Under the pieces are notes generated by a model, which made no database searches, was not told the DNA's origin, and saw only the letters and a list, made by a program, of their open reading frames with translations. A stretch of DNA of 63,139 nucleotides, filler included, from Octopus bimaculoides (taxonomy: Eukaryota): the NCBI RefSeq assembly GCF_001194135.2. It is 8 parts of 8 records of this genome, joined end to end, with 100 filler letters (N's around TTAATTAATTAA, not from the genome) between each part and the next. Parts side by side here need not be neighbours in the genome. Positions count along the whole stretch, not along the records: positions 44,821 to 56,621 come from NC_068981.1; positions 56,722 to 59,764 come from NC_068987.1; positions 59,865 to 63,139 come from NC_068988.1; 5 more parts are not named here. The stretch is one strand, 5' to 3'. Positions 50,667-62,490 of the stretch are shown here, one piece after another; the stretch's first letter is position 1, and each line of letters begins with the position of its first letter. Made by a program: the position numbers and the translations under genes.

Positions 50667-51863
50667 TGTTACGAATGCCCGCACGCGAAGCACCTCCCTA
50701 ACACCGAAGAGGGGACTCGCTCACGCGCGAACGTTCACACTCAGTGAGCTAGCAACCCGTCTCAGTCACCTGACCGATAATAAAGCCCCGGCTGGAGCAC
50801 GTAACGAAGAACAACACAGGCAAAAGGAGGGGTGGAAGAAACAACATGAAGACCATGCGTTGGGTAACCTTTTCTTTTTACATACATAACATCACAGAAT
50901 ACATTTAAAACATTAGATTAGAGCATTACATAATAACAATTCCAATACATGGCATGACAGTTCAATAACGTTGACAAAGTTTCCAAACAATTAGAAGATT
51001 TTCAAACATTTTTACATCGCAAAGTTCGTGTCTCAAGTTTCATTTGACAACAAAGTTCTTCTGCTTCTTTCTTTTGTATTTCTTTTCTTTTCCTTTCTTT
51101 TAGAAGCATTTAACAACAACACAGTTAACAACTCAGAGTTCTTTTTCTCTAAAATNNNNNNNNNNNNNNNNNNNNNNNNNNNNNNNNNNNNNNNNNNNNN
51201 NNNNNNNNNNNNNNNNNNNNNNNNNNNNNNNNNNNNNNNNNNNNNNNNNNNNNNNNNNNNNNNNNNNNNNNNNNNNNNNNNNNNNNNNNNNNNNNNNNNN
51301 NNNNNNNNNNNNNNNNNNNNNNNNNNNNNNNNNNNNNNNNNNNNNNNNNNNNNNNNNNNNNNNNNNNNNNNNNNNNNNNNNNNNNNNNNNNNNNNNNNNN
51401 NNNNNNNNNNNNNNNNNNNNNNNNNNNNNNNNNNNNNNNNNNNNNNNNNNNNNNNNNNNNNNNNNNNNNNNNNNNNNNNNNNNNNNNNNNNNNNNNNNNN
51501 NNNNNNNNNNNNNNNNNNNNNNNNNNNNNNNNNNNNNNNNNNNNNNNNNNNNNNNNNNNNNNNCTTCATCTCACTCGACTGGCTCCATCTCCACGGGCAA
51601 ACTGCTGTCACAACTGCCTCGGCTGGCTGCTACCGCTCGACTGGCCAAAATTCTCTGCTCACTGCTTCGGCCGACTGCTTCCCGCCAATTCCTGTCCTGC
51701 TGAACTTTCGGTGACTGGAAAGGGGGCAGCTATGCTAAAAATAGCTGTGGTTGCCAACAAGACAAAGGAAATACCATTGTCCCCAACTGACCAGAGTACG
51801 GGTTCAAAACCCAGCCCGAGAGATAGGGATATAATGCTAATTGTATTTTCGGTGGTCGCATCA
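50667..51863. mobile_element. Probable solo LTR inserted in mariner (contains N gap 51156-51563)
   Basis: Begins TGTTACG, ends GCATCA, flanked by ATAT/ATAT; removing it restores mariner ggaaaaatat-gaattctgt as seen in the 16 kb copy. Confidence 0.65.
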
Positions 51864-52014
51864 ATATGAATTCTGTAGACGAGGTCAGAACAGTTGTGGA
51901 GAAGTATTTTTCATCACGGACAAGTGAATTTCAGAAGACGGGTCTTGCAAGTCTACCAGATAGATAGAAGAGCATTGTAGAAAATGAAGGAGAGTATACA
52001 AGAGNNNNNNNNNN

Positions 52015-53273
52015 TTGGACAAAATAATGGAAACACCTTAAAATTTCAAGCAAATTAATTTTAACATGGAGTAGGACTGCCTCTGGCAGTAATTACAGCT
52101 TGAATTCTATGAGGTATGGACTCGTACAAAGTTTGAATTGTTTCCAAAGGAATTTTTTTCCATTCTTCAGCTAAAACAGTCTCCAGTTCTTGTAGTGATG
52201 ATGGTGGAGGATATCAACTCCTTACTTGTTTTTCTAAAATGCACCATAAATGTTCAATGATATTGAGATCTGGGGTCTGTGGTAGCCAGATAAGATGTTC
52301 AGCTTCACTAGAATGTTCCTCGTGCCATTCAGTAACAACTTTAACTATGTGAATTGGTACATTATCATCCTGAAATATTGTGTTTCCCTCCAGAAACAGT
52401 TCTGCAATCATAGGATGAATTTTATCAGATAAAATGCTTAAATAGTCTTGACTATTAATTCTGCCATGAAAGGAAACCATTGGGCTGGCAGATTTCCAAG
52501 ATATAGCCCCCAGATCATCATAGATCCTCCTTCATGTTTAACAGTTAGAAGAAGGTAGTTTGGGTCAAATGCTTCTTTTGGCTGTCTCCATATGTATACT
52601 CAGTCTGTTGTTGGAAATAGGGTAAAGGATGACTTGTCCCAGAAAATAACATTTTCCCACTGCTCTAGGGATCAATTCTGTAGGTTTTTACTCCACTCTA
52701 AATACTTTGCAACGTTTCTTTTAGAAAGTAGTGGTTTTCTGATTGCAGCCTTCCCGTGAAATCTGGCTTTGTGCAGATCCTGGCAAAAAGTTTTTGTGGA
52801 AACTGGGTTCTTGAGGTGGTCATTAAGCTCTGCAGTAATTTTGGGAGCTGTACTTTTGTGATCCTTTCTAACAATTTGCATAAGAGTTTGACGGTCCCTA
52901 TCTGAAAGTTTCAGTTTTCTTCCGGAGTTTTGCTTAACGAGGAAGTTTTTTCCTCTTTCTCAAAGGCGGTCATTACTTTCTAGACAGTACTTCTTGATAC
53001 ACCAAACATTTCAGCTGTTTTCATAACACTAGCGTCTGCCATATGAGCACCAATTCTTGACCTCTTTGAAAGTCTGATAGATCTGTAATTTTAATAAATT
53101 TTAATTATCTTTTTCTGATGATATCTGAAAAGAAACAGCAATTTTAGTAAAATATATTAAGCAACACTAATAAAAAATTTAAAAATCATAAAAATAAACA
53201 AGCTTTTGACGGTTTTATAGATATTTCAAAATTATGATGCTAGGTGTTTCCATTATTTTGTCCAACACCTGTA
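52015..53273 (-). mobile_element. Tc1 transposon (DD34E), decayed, inserted at a TA in the mariner
   Basis: Perfect 24-bp inverted repeat ttggacaaaataatggaaacacct (52015-52038 and 53242-53265), end ...cacctg TA; ORFs with KAAIRKPLLSK, FQDDNVPIH and PQTPDLNIIEHLW. Confidence 0.9.
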
Positions 53274-54081
53274 TTTTAGATTAAAAAAGAACTTTGTCTT
53301 AATTTTGAAAAATAAAAGAAGTATATAAAAAAGCATTATGGGATGACCCAAGAGCATAACAGTCTAATTTCCCTCTATAAATTTCAGCCCATCAGTAAAA
53401 CTGCTGTGCCTTTTTTCAGTTCAAAATCTTTGGTAAGATTACTAATAATACTGATTGGGTGACCATAACCATAATACTGAGTAAATAAGGAAAATTGACC
53501 CAATCTGATATGCTGCATGTCTTATATCTTCATCTTGTAGACTTTGATTGTTGTTGAATATTCTTTTTACAACATTATTAAATTTATACTCTAGCATATT
53601 TCACACATAGGGGTTCTTCTCCTTCAACCTGTACTTATCAAACTGTACTTAAGAGTACATTCATTACCAAACTTGACATTATGTTCATTCTTGAAGTTAT
53701 CTGTCTGTCTGTCTGTCTGTCAACCGATCAGTCAATATAACATTAATTTAATTCTCAATTTCACTTAGCTGGCTAGCTGACATTTGTATCACATCACAAA
53801 AAAATTTTTTGAGTTTCAAAGTTCCATGCAAGATCTGCCACAATAATCAATTCTCTGTCATCTCTCTTTGGGGTATTTTCCTGACAGACCTCTCAAGAAT
53901 CTTGCAAAATTGGTTCATCTGTACCAGCAATACATTGGTTTCACATTATTTATTAATTATTTAAACCTTATAATTTTCTTATGCTATCAATATTTAATTA
54001 GCATCATAATTGTTTTTTATTTTCTTGAATTTTTTTAACTTCTATTTTAGTTCAAGTCTTCTCTCCTGTTTTTTTTTCCAG

Positions 54082-54176
54082 TGATTTAATCCAGAAGCTG
54101 ACAGTTGCCCTTCTATCAAACAAGAGTACTCAGTTGGCTAAAGTTGACCTTTCTGTTAATGTTTTAGATGACCGTG
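54082..54176 (+). CDS. CARMIL1: CARMIL/LRRC16-family leucine-rich-repeat internal exon
   Basis: ttttttccag|T GAT...CGT G|gtgagt; DLIQKLTVALLSNKSTQLAKVDLSVNVLDDR(G), resembling [38 protein letters not shown]; paralogue assignment uncertain. Confidence 0.72.
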
Positions 54177-55663
54177 GTGAGTAGCACAATCAAAAAGTAT
54201 AACCTTATTGTTTTGTCATACTTTAAAACAATTGTTTTATAGTTTTTTCTTTTCATTCAGTGATGTTTAGTTAATGCTAAATTAATTGAATGAATTTGCA
54301 GCTCTTTTGAATATTCATCAATTGAAACTACACAACAATGCTAGATATGTATAAGACAGAAAGATACAATACATGATTTTGAGTTGGACTTGATTGGCAA
54401 GTACTTGTTCTAAGACTGTGTTGGAATTGAAACAGCTGCATCATGGGAGAGTCCTTTTAACTATTTAAGAACATGCAAAAACTGCATTTACTTTGTATTT
54501 GTTTCTTAGTAGTACATACAGTTTATTTTGAAGTTTCAAAATATTTAACTCATTACAGTATTTTGTGATCAAATCACTACATTTACAGAAAATAATTATC
54601 ACCTGGGATTTTTCTGTTACTTTTGTTCCTTAGTTTCTTTTTATATGAAAAGAAAGTGCCCTCAAAAAAAAGTATCTGTATGCGAAATTTACATAAGCTA
54701 TATATGAATTTCAAGGCATAATTTCAGAATGCATTAGGAAGAATGAAGTTTAAGACCCATAATTGCAATATTGATATTAAAAGTGGTGTGACTGAACTAA
54801 CAAAGCAGATTAGCAATAAAGAAATTGTATACTTTTCTTCTGATGCATATGATAGGATGTCTGTAGATAGGCTGCTGAATTGTTTAAATAGAGTGCAACA
54901 ACGTGCAACAACTGCACATTAGAGTTATGAGTGACACAACTTTATTTGATTATTGAAAAACTAACAAAATTTTAAATACTCATATGAGAATGTGATGTAA
55001 CATTTTAAAATCAGAGAAATGGATAGTGAATAATTCCAAGTAAACTATGAGTGAAATATCTCCTAAGTATGGGTTTAGGAAGTGTCATAAAACCCCAAAA
55101 GTCCATGTTACTAGATTGCCCTTCCATTCTGTTTGCAGTGCTAACAATGCTAACAATAACAGATCATCATACTTTCTTTCACAAATTTTATGCTGGCTGC
55201 TTGAGAGATCAATAGATGTATGCGAGGGTATAGAAGACACCCTTAAGAGGACAATGGGTGTAACCATATATATGATCTCATCAACTGCATTATTGGCAAT
55301 ATGGGCAAAATAAGATCATTTCATATCAACTCACTGAATTGTCCCATAGGTCACATCTCAGATTTACTTCAAAAGTTAACTACAAACAGCTTCTTTGGAG
55401 AAAACATAAGCCTGAAATTTTCAGGTTAATTGCTCAGTCTGTTTTAAAATTATTGTTTGAAAATTTAGCCAAAATTAATAAAAACTGTATGTCCTGCTTA
55501 AGGAATTTTGCAGCTTTGGCAGACCATAATTTCACAAGAATGGAAACATGAAATTTGATACCATTGCAGTTTTCGACCCAAATAATCCATTTTGGGCATC
55601 ATTTTGGACTGAGCCTATTATCAGTAGTACACTGAGAGATGAAAGTTAACAGAGAAAGTGGTC

Positions 55664-55707
<44 letters not shown>

Positions 55708-56176
55708 TTAGAGGTTGTGAATCCAATCAACTAAGGCATAATATCTATCCGATATACTGCTGGTAGAATACCCAATTATTAATAGACAAGTGTTTTCTCA
55801 TTGCATGGCAATTACATTACCAAATGTAATAAATGGGTGAGGGTAAAGAGTTATTTTACCATTAATTTATAGAGCAATAAGAAAATGGAGGGGATCAATA
55901 GGTGGTATTTATCTACTTATAGACATTATATTATGTCAATTTATTTATTTACTAAAAGGACAATTGTAACAAGACATCTTCCTCCTGATGATGTCTTGAG
56001 CTAACTGGATCCTATAAAGGAGCTGTTGTGGTAGCAGACCACGAAACATGGTTGAAATTCCTCCCTCCTTCCCCTCATACATGTATGACATATTACGCTT
56101 TACATATATAATATATAAAATATAAAGTATCAGTAATTATTAAAATATAACATATAGCAATAGAAATTGGGATAAT

Positions 56177-56300
56177 ATCTTACAGCTGTTTCAGCCAAGA
56201 GGCAAACATACCGCATTCTACCTTTATCCCTCCAGTGGACTGAAGTAATTAGCAGATGAAATTGAGGTACTTCGGTGTTTCTTTAGGCTTCATCAGAGAT
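56177..56300 (-). ncRNA. Putative minimal type I hammerhead ribozyme with extended stem II
   Basis: Minus strand: AUCU-CUGAUGA-AGCC[~89 nt]GGCU-GAAA-C-AGCU-GUA-AGAU; core complete, stem I AUCU/AGAU, stem II base AGCC/GGCU, stem III AC/GU with palindromic AGCU loop. Confidence 0.65.
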
Positions 56301-56339
56301 TTTAGAAATTACATAAGGTTAAGTTATAAATATAAATAC

Positions 56340-56487
56340 ACATGGTAATTAGCTTGCTTACCAATCACATGGTTCTGGGTTCAGTCCCACTGCGTGGCAC
56401 CTTGGGCATGTGTCTTCTACTATAGCCTCGGGCTGACTAAAGCCTTGTGAGTGAATTTGGTAGACGGAAACTGAAAGAAGCCCGTCG

Positions 56488-56490
<3 letters not shown>
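56340..56490 (+). mobile_element. SINE family B copy
   Basis: Near-identical to 38780-38925; ends in (AT)n. Confidence 0.8.
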
Positions 56491-56518
<28 letters not shown>

Positions 56519-56621
56519 TCATCATCATCATCATCGTTTAACGTCCGCTTTCCATGCTAGCATGGGTTGGACGATTTGACTGAGGACTGGTGAAACCGGA
56601 TGGCAACACCAGGCTCCAGTC

Positions 56622-56721
56622 NNNNNNNNNNNNNNNNNNNNNNNNNNNNNNNNNNNNNNNNNNNNTTAATTAATTAANNNNNNNNNNNNNNNNNNNNNNN
56701 NNNNNNNNNNNNNNNNNNNNN
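56622..56721. other. Artificial join spacer 6
   Basis: N44 + TTAATTAATTAA (56666-56677) + N44. Confidence 0.95.
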
Positions 56722-56965
56722 AGAGCCGGAGATGTCGCAGTCTCAGCGCGTGCCTGCGCATCATCAACCACGGCATGCCCAGTCCTCCTTTTAACGGGTG
56801 TTGGCAGCAAACGGATCGCCTAACCATCGGAACGCTTCCTTTCCACAAGAAGCGGAAGAGGATGCGCTCCAGTTTGGTGATGGTAGGGTCGGGACAAGGA
56901 ACGACGGTCAGGCGGTAGTAGATGACGGACGCAATGTACGTGTTCGCCACCTCCGCCCGACCTTT
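56722..56965 (-). mobile_element. L1/Tx1-clade LINE RT C-terminal fragment
   Basis: LKGRAEVANTYIASVIYYRLTVVPCP...FLWKG...HPLKGGLGMP; open frame, GC-rich, ends at the spacer. Confidence 0.8.
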
Positions 56966-56982
56966 CAGGGATAGAAAGATAA

Positions 56983-57018
<36 letters not shown>

Positions 57019-57551
57019 GTAGATAGATAGATAAAGACATACATACAGACAGACAGACGGACAAACATTCGGAGGGACAGAGGGATAAACAGATAGAGAA
57101 GTAAGTTTGCATGAACACACATTGGATACATATAAACCTACCTAAGTAGCACCAATTATACATAAAGGAGGTAAAAAGAAAACAAACAAAAAATGAACAA
57201 ACAAACTAAAGAAAACCCCAACCCATTCCTACATCAGCTAAAAACAAACTCAAAAGCCCTTAATGCTGAAGTGTTGGGTTCGTTTTATCTCTTTAAATAC
57301 ATATTTACTCTCGTCTCTCGTCTGTCCGGTAAATGTTATTTACTGTAAAGTTTAATGTTGTCTACCATCAAAATTGAAATTGCTTGTGTCTATGACATTA
57401 GTATTTCTCTTGGTTTGCAAGTGCAGTTGTGTTAGCAATGACATTTTCATAGCGGTAATGTCGTTGCTGTTATGATGTTTGTGCTCAACTGTTGAATAAG
57501 CACACAGGAGAAAATGCGCATTTCTAAAAGAATCTTACAAACGTCAGCTGA

Positions 57552-58245
57552 GTGAGCTTCTATGTGGTTGCTCGACGTGTTAGAAATAGCAGTCAGTTCT
57601 TCTTTAGACTAGACATTACCAACTTAAAAAAAGTATGCGGTGGAAGACCTAGAGAAGAAGAAGCAGGGAGGGTTATAAACGATATGTTTTCGATCGTTGG
57701 GGTGGTGGATGTAACCGATTTAAAGCGAAGGGACAAAACAACTGCAGCAACAGTAGATGCAGCAGTAGCAGCAGCAGCAGTAGCAGCAGAAGAATATGGG
57801 AAACTTCTGTAAAGCCGGTTACGCCCGAAACATCTTTAATCAGAGCCGACTGCGGTTACGATGTTGGTACTTAGCAGAAAGCAGAGAGAAAGGAAATGTG
57901 TATTTCTGAAAGAATCGTACAAACTCCAGCAGAGGGAGATTCTATATGGTTGCTCGACGTGTTAGAAATAGCAGCCAAATCTTCCTCGAATTTTACCTTA
58001 CCATCATAGAAAAAGACATGGTGTAGAAGTCTAGAAAAGAGAAAGCAGGGATGATAATGGACGAAATGCTTTTGATCATTAGTCCGTTCGATTAGTATCG
58101 ATTTAGTGCTAAGGAGCAATAACAATAGCGGTAGTAGTAATGGCAATAGTAGCAGCAACAGCGAAAACAGCGGCAGCAGCAGCAGCAGATGGTAAACTTC
58201 TGCAAAACTGGTTACACCCCCAAACATCTTTCATCAGAGCCGACA
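57552..58245. repeat. Two diverged tandem copies of a ~300-bp repeat with CAG-rich middle
   Basis: ggttgctcgacgtgttagaaatagcag...aaacttctg.aaa.c.ggttac.ccc.aaacatcttt.atcagagccgac at ~57552-57850 and ~57935-58245. Confidence 0.75.
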
Positions 58246-58526
58246 TCCAACTAAACAACAACACAAACAACAACATCACCACAGACAGTGTGACTCAACC
58301 TTCTCGAGCTCAGTAGCGCCCTCTTTCACCGAATGTATATTTTTGTACAATAATGTAATAAATAAAAGGTATGGGTGTGAGGTTAAGACGGTCGCTTTGT
58401 AGCCAAATGGTTTCGCGTTCAGTCCCAGGGCATGGCTCCTTGAACAAGTGTCTTATAATATAGCCCAGGACGGATCAATATCTTGTGAGTGAATTTCGTA
58501 GATTGAAACTGTGAAAGCTCATCGTG

Positions 58527-58578
<52 letters not shown>

Positions 58579-59199
58579 NNNNNNNNNNNNNNNNNNNNNN
58601 NNNNNNNNNNNNNNNNNNNNNNNNNNNNNNNNNNNNNNNNNNNNNNNNNNNNNNNNNNNNNNNNNNNNNNNNNNNNNNNNNNNNNNNNNNNNNNNNNNNN
58701 NNNNNNNNNNNNNNNNNNNNNNNNNNNNNNNNNNNNNNNNNNNNNNNNNNNNNNNNNNNNNNNNNNNNNNNNNNNNNNNNNNNNNNNNNNNNNNNNNNNN
58801 NNNNNNNNNNNNNNNNNNNNNNNNNNNNNNNNNNNNNNNNNNNNNNNNNNNNNNNNNNNNNNNNNNNNNNNNNNNNNNNNNNNNNNNNNNNNNNNNNNNN
58901 NNNNNNNNNNNNNNNNNNNNNNNNNNNNNNNNNNNNNNNNNNNNNNNNNNNNNNNNNNNNNNNNNNNNNNNNNNNNNNNNNNNNNNNNNNNNNNNNNNNN
59001 NNNNNNNNNNNNNNNNNNNNNNNNNNNNNNNNNNNNNNNNNNNNNNNNNNNNNNNNNNNNNNNNNNNNNNNNNNNNNNNNNNNNNNNNNNNNNNNNNNNN
59101 NNNNNNNNNNNNNNNNNNNNNNNNNNNNNNNNNNNNNNNNNNNNNNNNNNNNNNNAAATCATAAGGCACCAAAAAAGAATGACTCTTCCCAGACACAAC

Positions 59200-59244
<45 letters not shown>

Positions 59245-59379
59245 CATATTAGTATCCAGAAAACCCAAGATGGCAGGTAAGCTATGTAAGAGCTACGGTA
59301 GGACCGTAGTTAGACTCTTGGTTCGATAATAATACGTGTGAGGAGTCTAATGCGGGTCTTATGTGAGCGTGTATATGCT

Positions 59380-59740
59380 AAATAAAATGAGACAACAAAG
59401 CCAAGGCTGTGTGGAGTTTATAGGACATTTATAAAGAGAAAAGTAGTCTTACAGCTGTTTCTTGTATATTAAAGATATCAGTTCATCAGAGACGATATGA
59501 GAGAGTTATGAGCTCCTAACGGAATCTACATACCATCAACAAGAAGCATTTATACCCTTTCTACACAGCATTTTCCTTGGATAATGAGACTCTTCTATTT
59601 CCCTCTAGTTAACTCTCTCATATCGTCTCTGATGAAGGGATATCCCTAATATTCCAGAAAGAGAAATACTACCTTTCTCTTTATAAATGTCCTATAAACT
59701 CCACACAGCCTTGACTTTGTTGTCTCATTTTATTTTGCAC
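59380..59740. repeat. Inverted repeat, ~130-bp arms with ~105-bp spacer, each arm carrying a hammerhead-like motif
   Basis: aaataaaatgagacaacaaag...gatatgagagagtta (~59380-59508) is the reverse complement of taactctctcatatc...ctttgttgtctcattttattt (~59612-59735). Confidence 0.85.
59446..59493 (-). ncRNA. Putative minimal type I hammerhead ribozyme (imperfect stem II)
   Basis: Minus strand: GUCU-CUGAUGA-acugauaucuuuaauauacaa-GAAA-C-AGCU-GUA-AGAC. Confidence 0.55.
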
Positions 59741-59764
59741 ACACACACACACACACACACACAC

Positions 59765-59864
59765 NNNNNNNNNNNNNNNNNNNNNNNNNNNNNNNNNNNN
59801 NNNNNNNNTTAATTAATTAANNNNNNNNNNNNNNNNNNNNNNNNNNNNNNNNNNNNNNNNNNNN
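59765..59864. other. Artificial join spacer 7
   Basis: N44 + TTAATTAATTAA (59809-59820) + N44. Confidence 0.95.
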
Positions 59865-60403
59865 TATATATATATGTATACATATATCGATATATACGTG
59901 CTTGCCTAAACACACACTCATATGTCTGATCTGACGTGTCTTTTATAAACTCACAAGGAAAGGGAATATAAAGGGAGGAAACCTCTCTCGTGAATTTACA
60001 TGAAATAACAAGTCGAAACAAATAATATCCAAGTATCGGTTTAAGGGTTGAGGCATAAATAGGCCAACACTTGGTCAATAGCAAATTTCTAATTATTACA
60101 ATAATATCAGTTGCTGCTTGTCTAACTTAACCTAACGACTAATCAATAGATAATCATTGCTGATTGATTTGTTATAGCTATATTTTCTATCTTCTCAGAA
60201 TTTGATGCATGAATATTTTTTACGATTAAGTAGCCATGTTTTACGCTAGATGAAATCTAGTTACCTTCTAATTTTCGATAAAACTCATTAACACTAACAA
60301 TCTTAAATTTGATTGTTTTATTAAATCTCGAAATATATTTTAGAGTTTATATAGTTTTTCAAATGTAGATAGAGAGATAGGCAGACAGACAGATTGATTG
60401 ATT

Positions 60404-60467
<64 letters not shown>

Positions 60468-60621
60468 TGCAGACAGATGNNNNNNNNNNNNNNNNNNNNN
60501 NNNNNNNNNNNNNNNNNNNNNNNNNNNNNNNNNNNNNNNNNNNNNNNNNNNNNNNNNNNNNNNNNNNNNNNNNNNNNNNNNNNNNNNNNNNNNNNNNNNN
60601 NNNNNGACAGATTGATTGATT

Positions 60622-60685
<64 letters not shown>

Positions 60686-62384
60686 TGCAGACAGATGGAT
60701 AGGCAATGAAGTGAAATAATGATTGAAGAAAGCCAGGCATATAAATTAGTTTGCAGTGCATAGATAAATCTGGTCGATAGGATGTGCATTGAAGTGTATA
60801 GTAATCCATATACGTTCAATATAGAGGCCAACGAGTACAAAATGTAAATACGAGGTTACTCACCAATTGATATGAATGCACATTATCATAGAGTATAGTA
60901 TTAATCAGATATAGAATGAAAGTTGTCATGATTTCAAGTTTAGACAGCCTCCGGTAATGAGGCCCTGATTGGGGAGTTCCTAAGTTTTGAGGAATGCGGA
61001 ACCACATTTCTGCCAACATTGTGTCCCGGTTCTATTTTGTCCGAATCCTAACTATATGTTCAATAATATATTATGAAAGAAACTCCAAACACAAATCCTC
61101 GTCGCCTTGTGAGTTACGTGGGAAAGGAAGATGCGAGGGGAGACAACCCCGGCAGTAAATCAGCGAGTGGAGTCCCTCAGGCTGTCATTGCATAGTCAAT
61201 CAAATAAAAATAAATGATGTTTCGATGACACTTTTCGTGTTCCAAAGATCATGAGCAGAGCAGCACACCTTCTAGTGTTTGTGTGTGGTGAATCCTTATT
61301 TTGGATTATTAGAAAGTAAACACAAAAAGTGTTTAAAAGCTACGAAACTGTTACTGTAGTATTTTATTTTTTTAATGCTATGATAAAAATTTGCCACATT
61401 ATTTATAACCCACCGTTATTAGGTAAAATTTTAAACGGGTAAGATTTTATGCTTCAACCTGTGAAGACTGTTTTATGTTTGATGTCGGTGGTCAGTGAAC
61501 TTCACATTTCTCCTTGAACGGTGAATGCACCTGCTTTGTCTTTGGTATTCCAACCACGTTTCGTGGTTTGCTACATCAATAGCTCCTTTATAGGATCCAG
61601 TGGATAAAGACATAATGAAGAGGAACCACGTCCGGTTTCTTCCCCTACTCCTCTACCACTTTCGACGTGCCGCCCTACCCGCTTTCGGCGGTGTCTTCAG
61701 CTCTGGTGTTGAGTGCGTTTCTTCTTTCTCCATTTTCTTCTGTTCTTCGGCTTCTTCGATGCAGCGTCAACGAATGTCAACGAGCAACTGACCATCCTGC
61801 CAAATTTTCATTTAAATACTCGCCGGTAGGCTCCAGCAGCCAGCACCAGCTAACTGTCACGTGACACTTTCTTTTAATTACAATTTATTGCAACGTTATG
61901 AATATTCATTTCAAGCATATACGTTGTCGTTGTTAAACTATAATGTAATTTAGATAACTGAATTTCGATTGCATGCTGTCTTTATTTTATTATTTACCTC
62001 ATTTAACACACACCTTCTAATTGTACTATATATTCGAAAGTAAAACTTAAATTAGTATATAATCCAGTGATAGTTGGTAAAACCCAGGTTGATATTTAAA
62101 ATCTTGCTTGTTTAACATCTTATCTGATGAAAAAAATTATTATGAAGAAAAAAAATGAAAAAATTTCAGATAAAACTGAAACTCTAATACAGAATTAACG
62201 TTCACACAGTGAAAAGTAATATACACACAGTGAAAAATATATAAAAATAATTCTGAAGAAAAAATAAGTCCGTTCGAAGGATTTAAGTCAGGTAACTATA
62301 TGTAGTAGCGCTACCGGTAATAATGTAGACTGGTACTACCTGCGGCATTTTGTAAAAAATATGATTCTGTGTGGAAAAAGAAAT

Positions 62385-62409
62385 AATAATAATAATGATG
62401 ATGATGATG

Positions 62410-62490
<81 letters not shown>
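62385..62490. repeat. (AAT)n microsatellite with a (GAT)n interruption
   Basis: Direct reading. Confidence 0.95.

Larger units (their letters stand above)
50101..53351 (+). mobile_element. Mariner transposon remnant hosting two nested insertions
   Basis: MEVTKEYIWHILLYGF...VEQNP.ITVEELAEKL; resumes at 51864 (MNSVDEV) and 53272 (..ILD*); 3' terminal repeat ttatgggatgacccaa at 53336-53351; same family as 16030-17158. Confidence 0.85.

Noticed and set aside
55975-56060. Plus-strand CTGATGA...GAAAC motif next to the minus-strand hammerhead (tempting ambisense, viroid-like pair); homologous repeat at ~61500-61620(-)
   Set aside because: Stem II base does not pair, the sequence after the putative triplet cannot pair with TTCCTC as stem I, and the second copy lacks CUGAUGA; treated as an ordinary interspersed repeat
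57810-58245. CTGATGA on the minus strand and GAAAC on the plus strand in the tandem repeat
   Set aside because: The motifs are on opposite strands and cannot form one hammerhead
60816-61019. 67-aa minus-strand ORF MLAEMWFRIPQN...
   Set aside because: No family similarity or splice support; length expected by chance
61620-61720. Minus-strand CTGAAGA...GAAA with GC-rich hairpins
   Set aside because: No consistent stem I/II/III assignment around a valid NUH triplet
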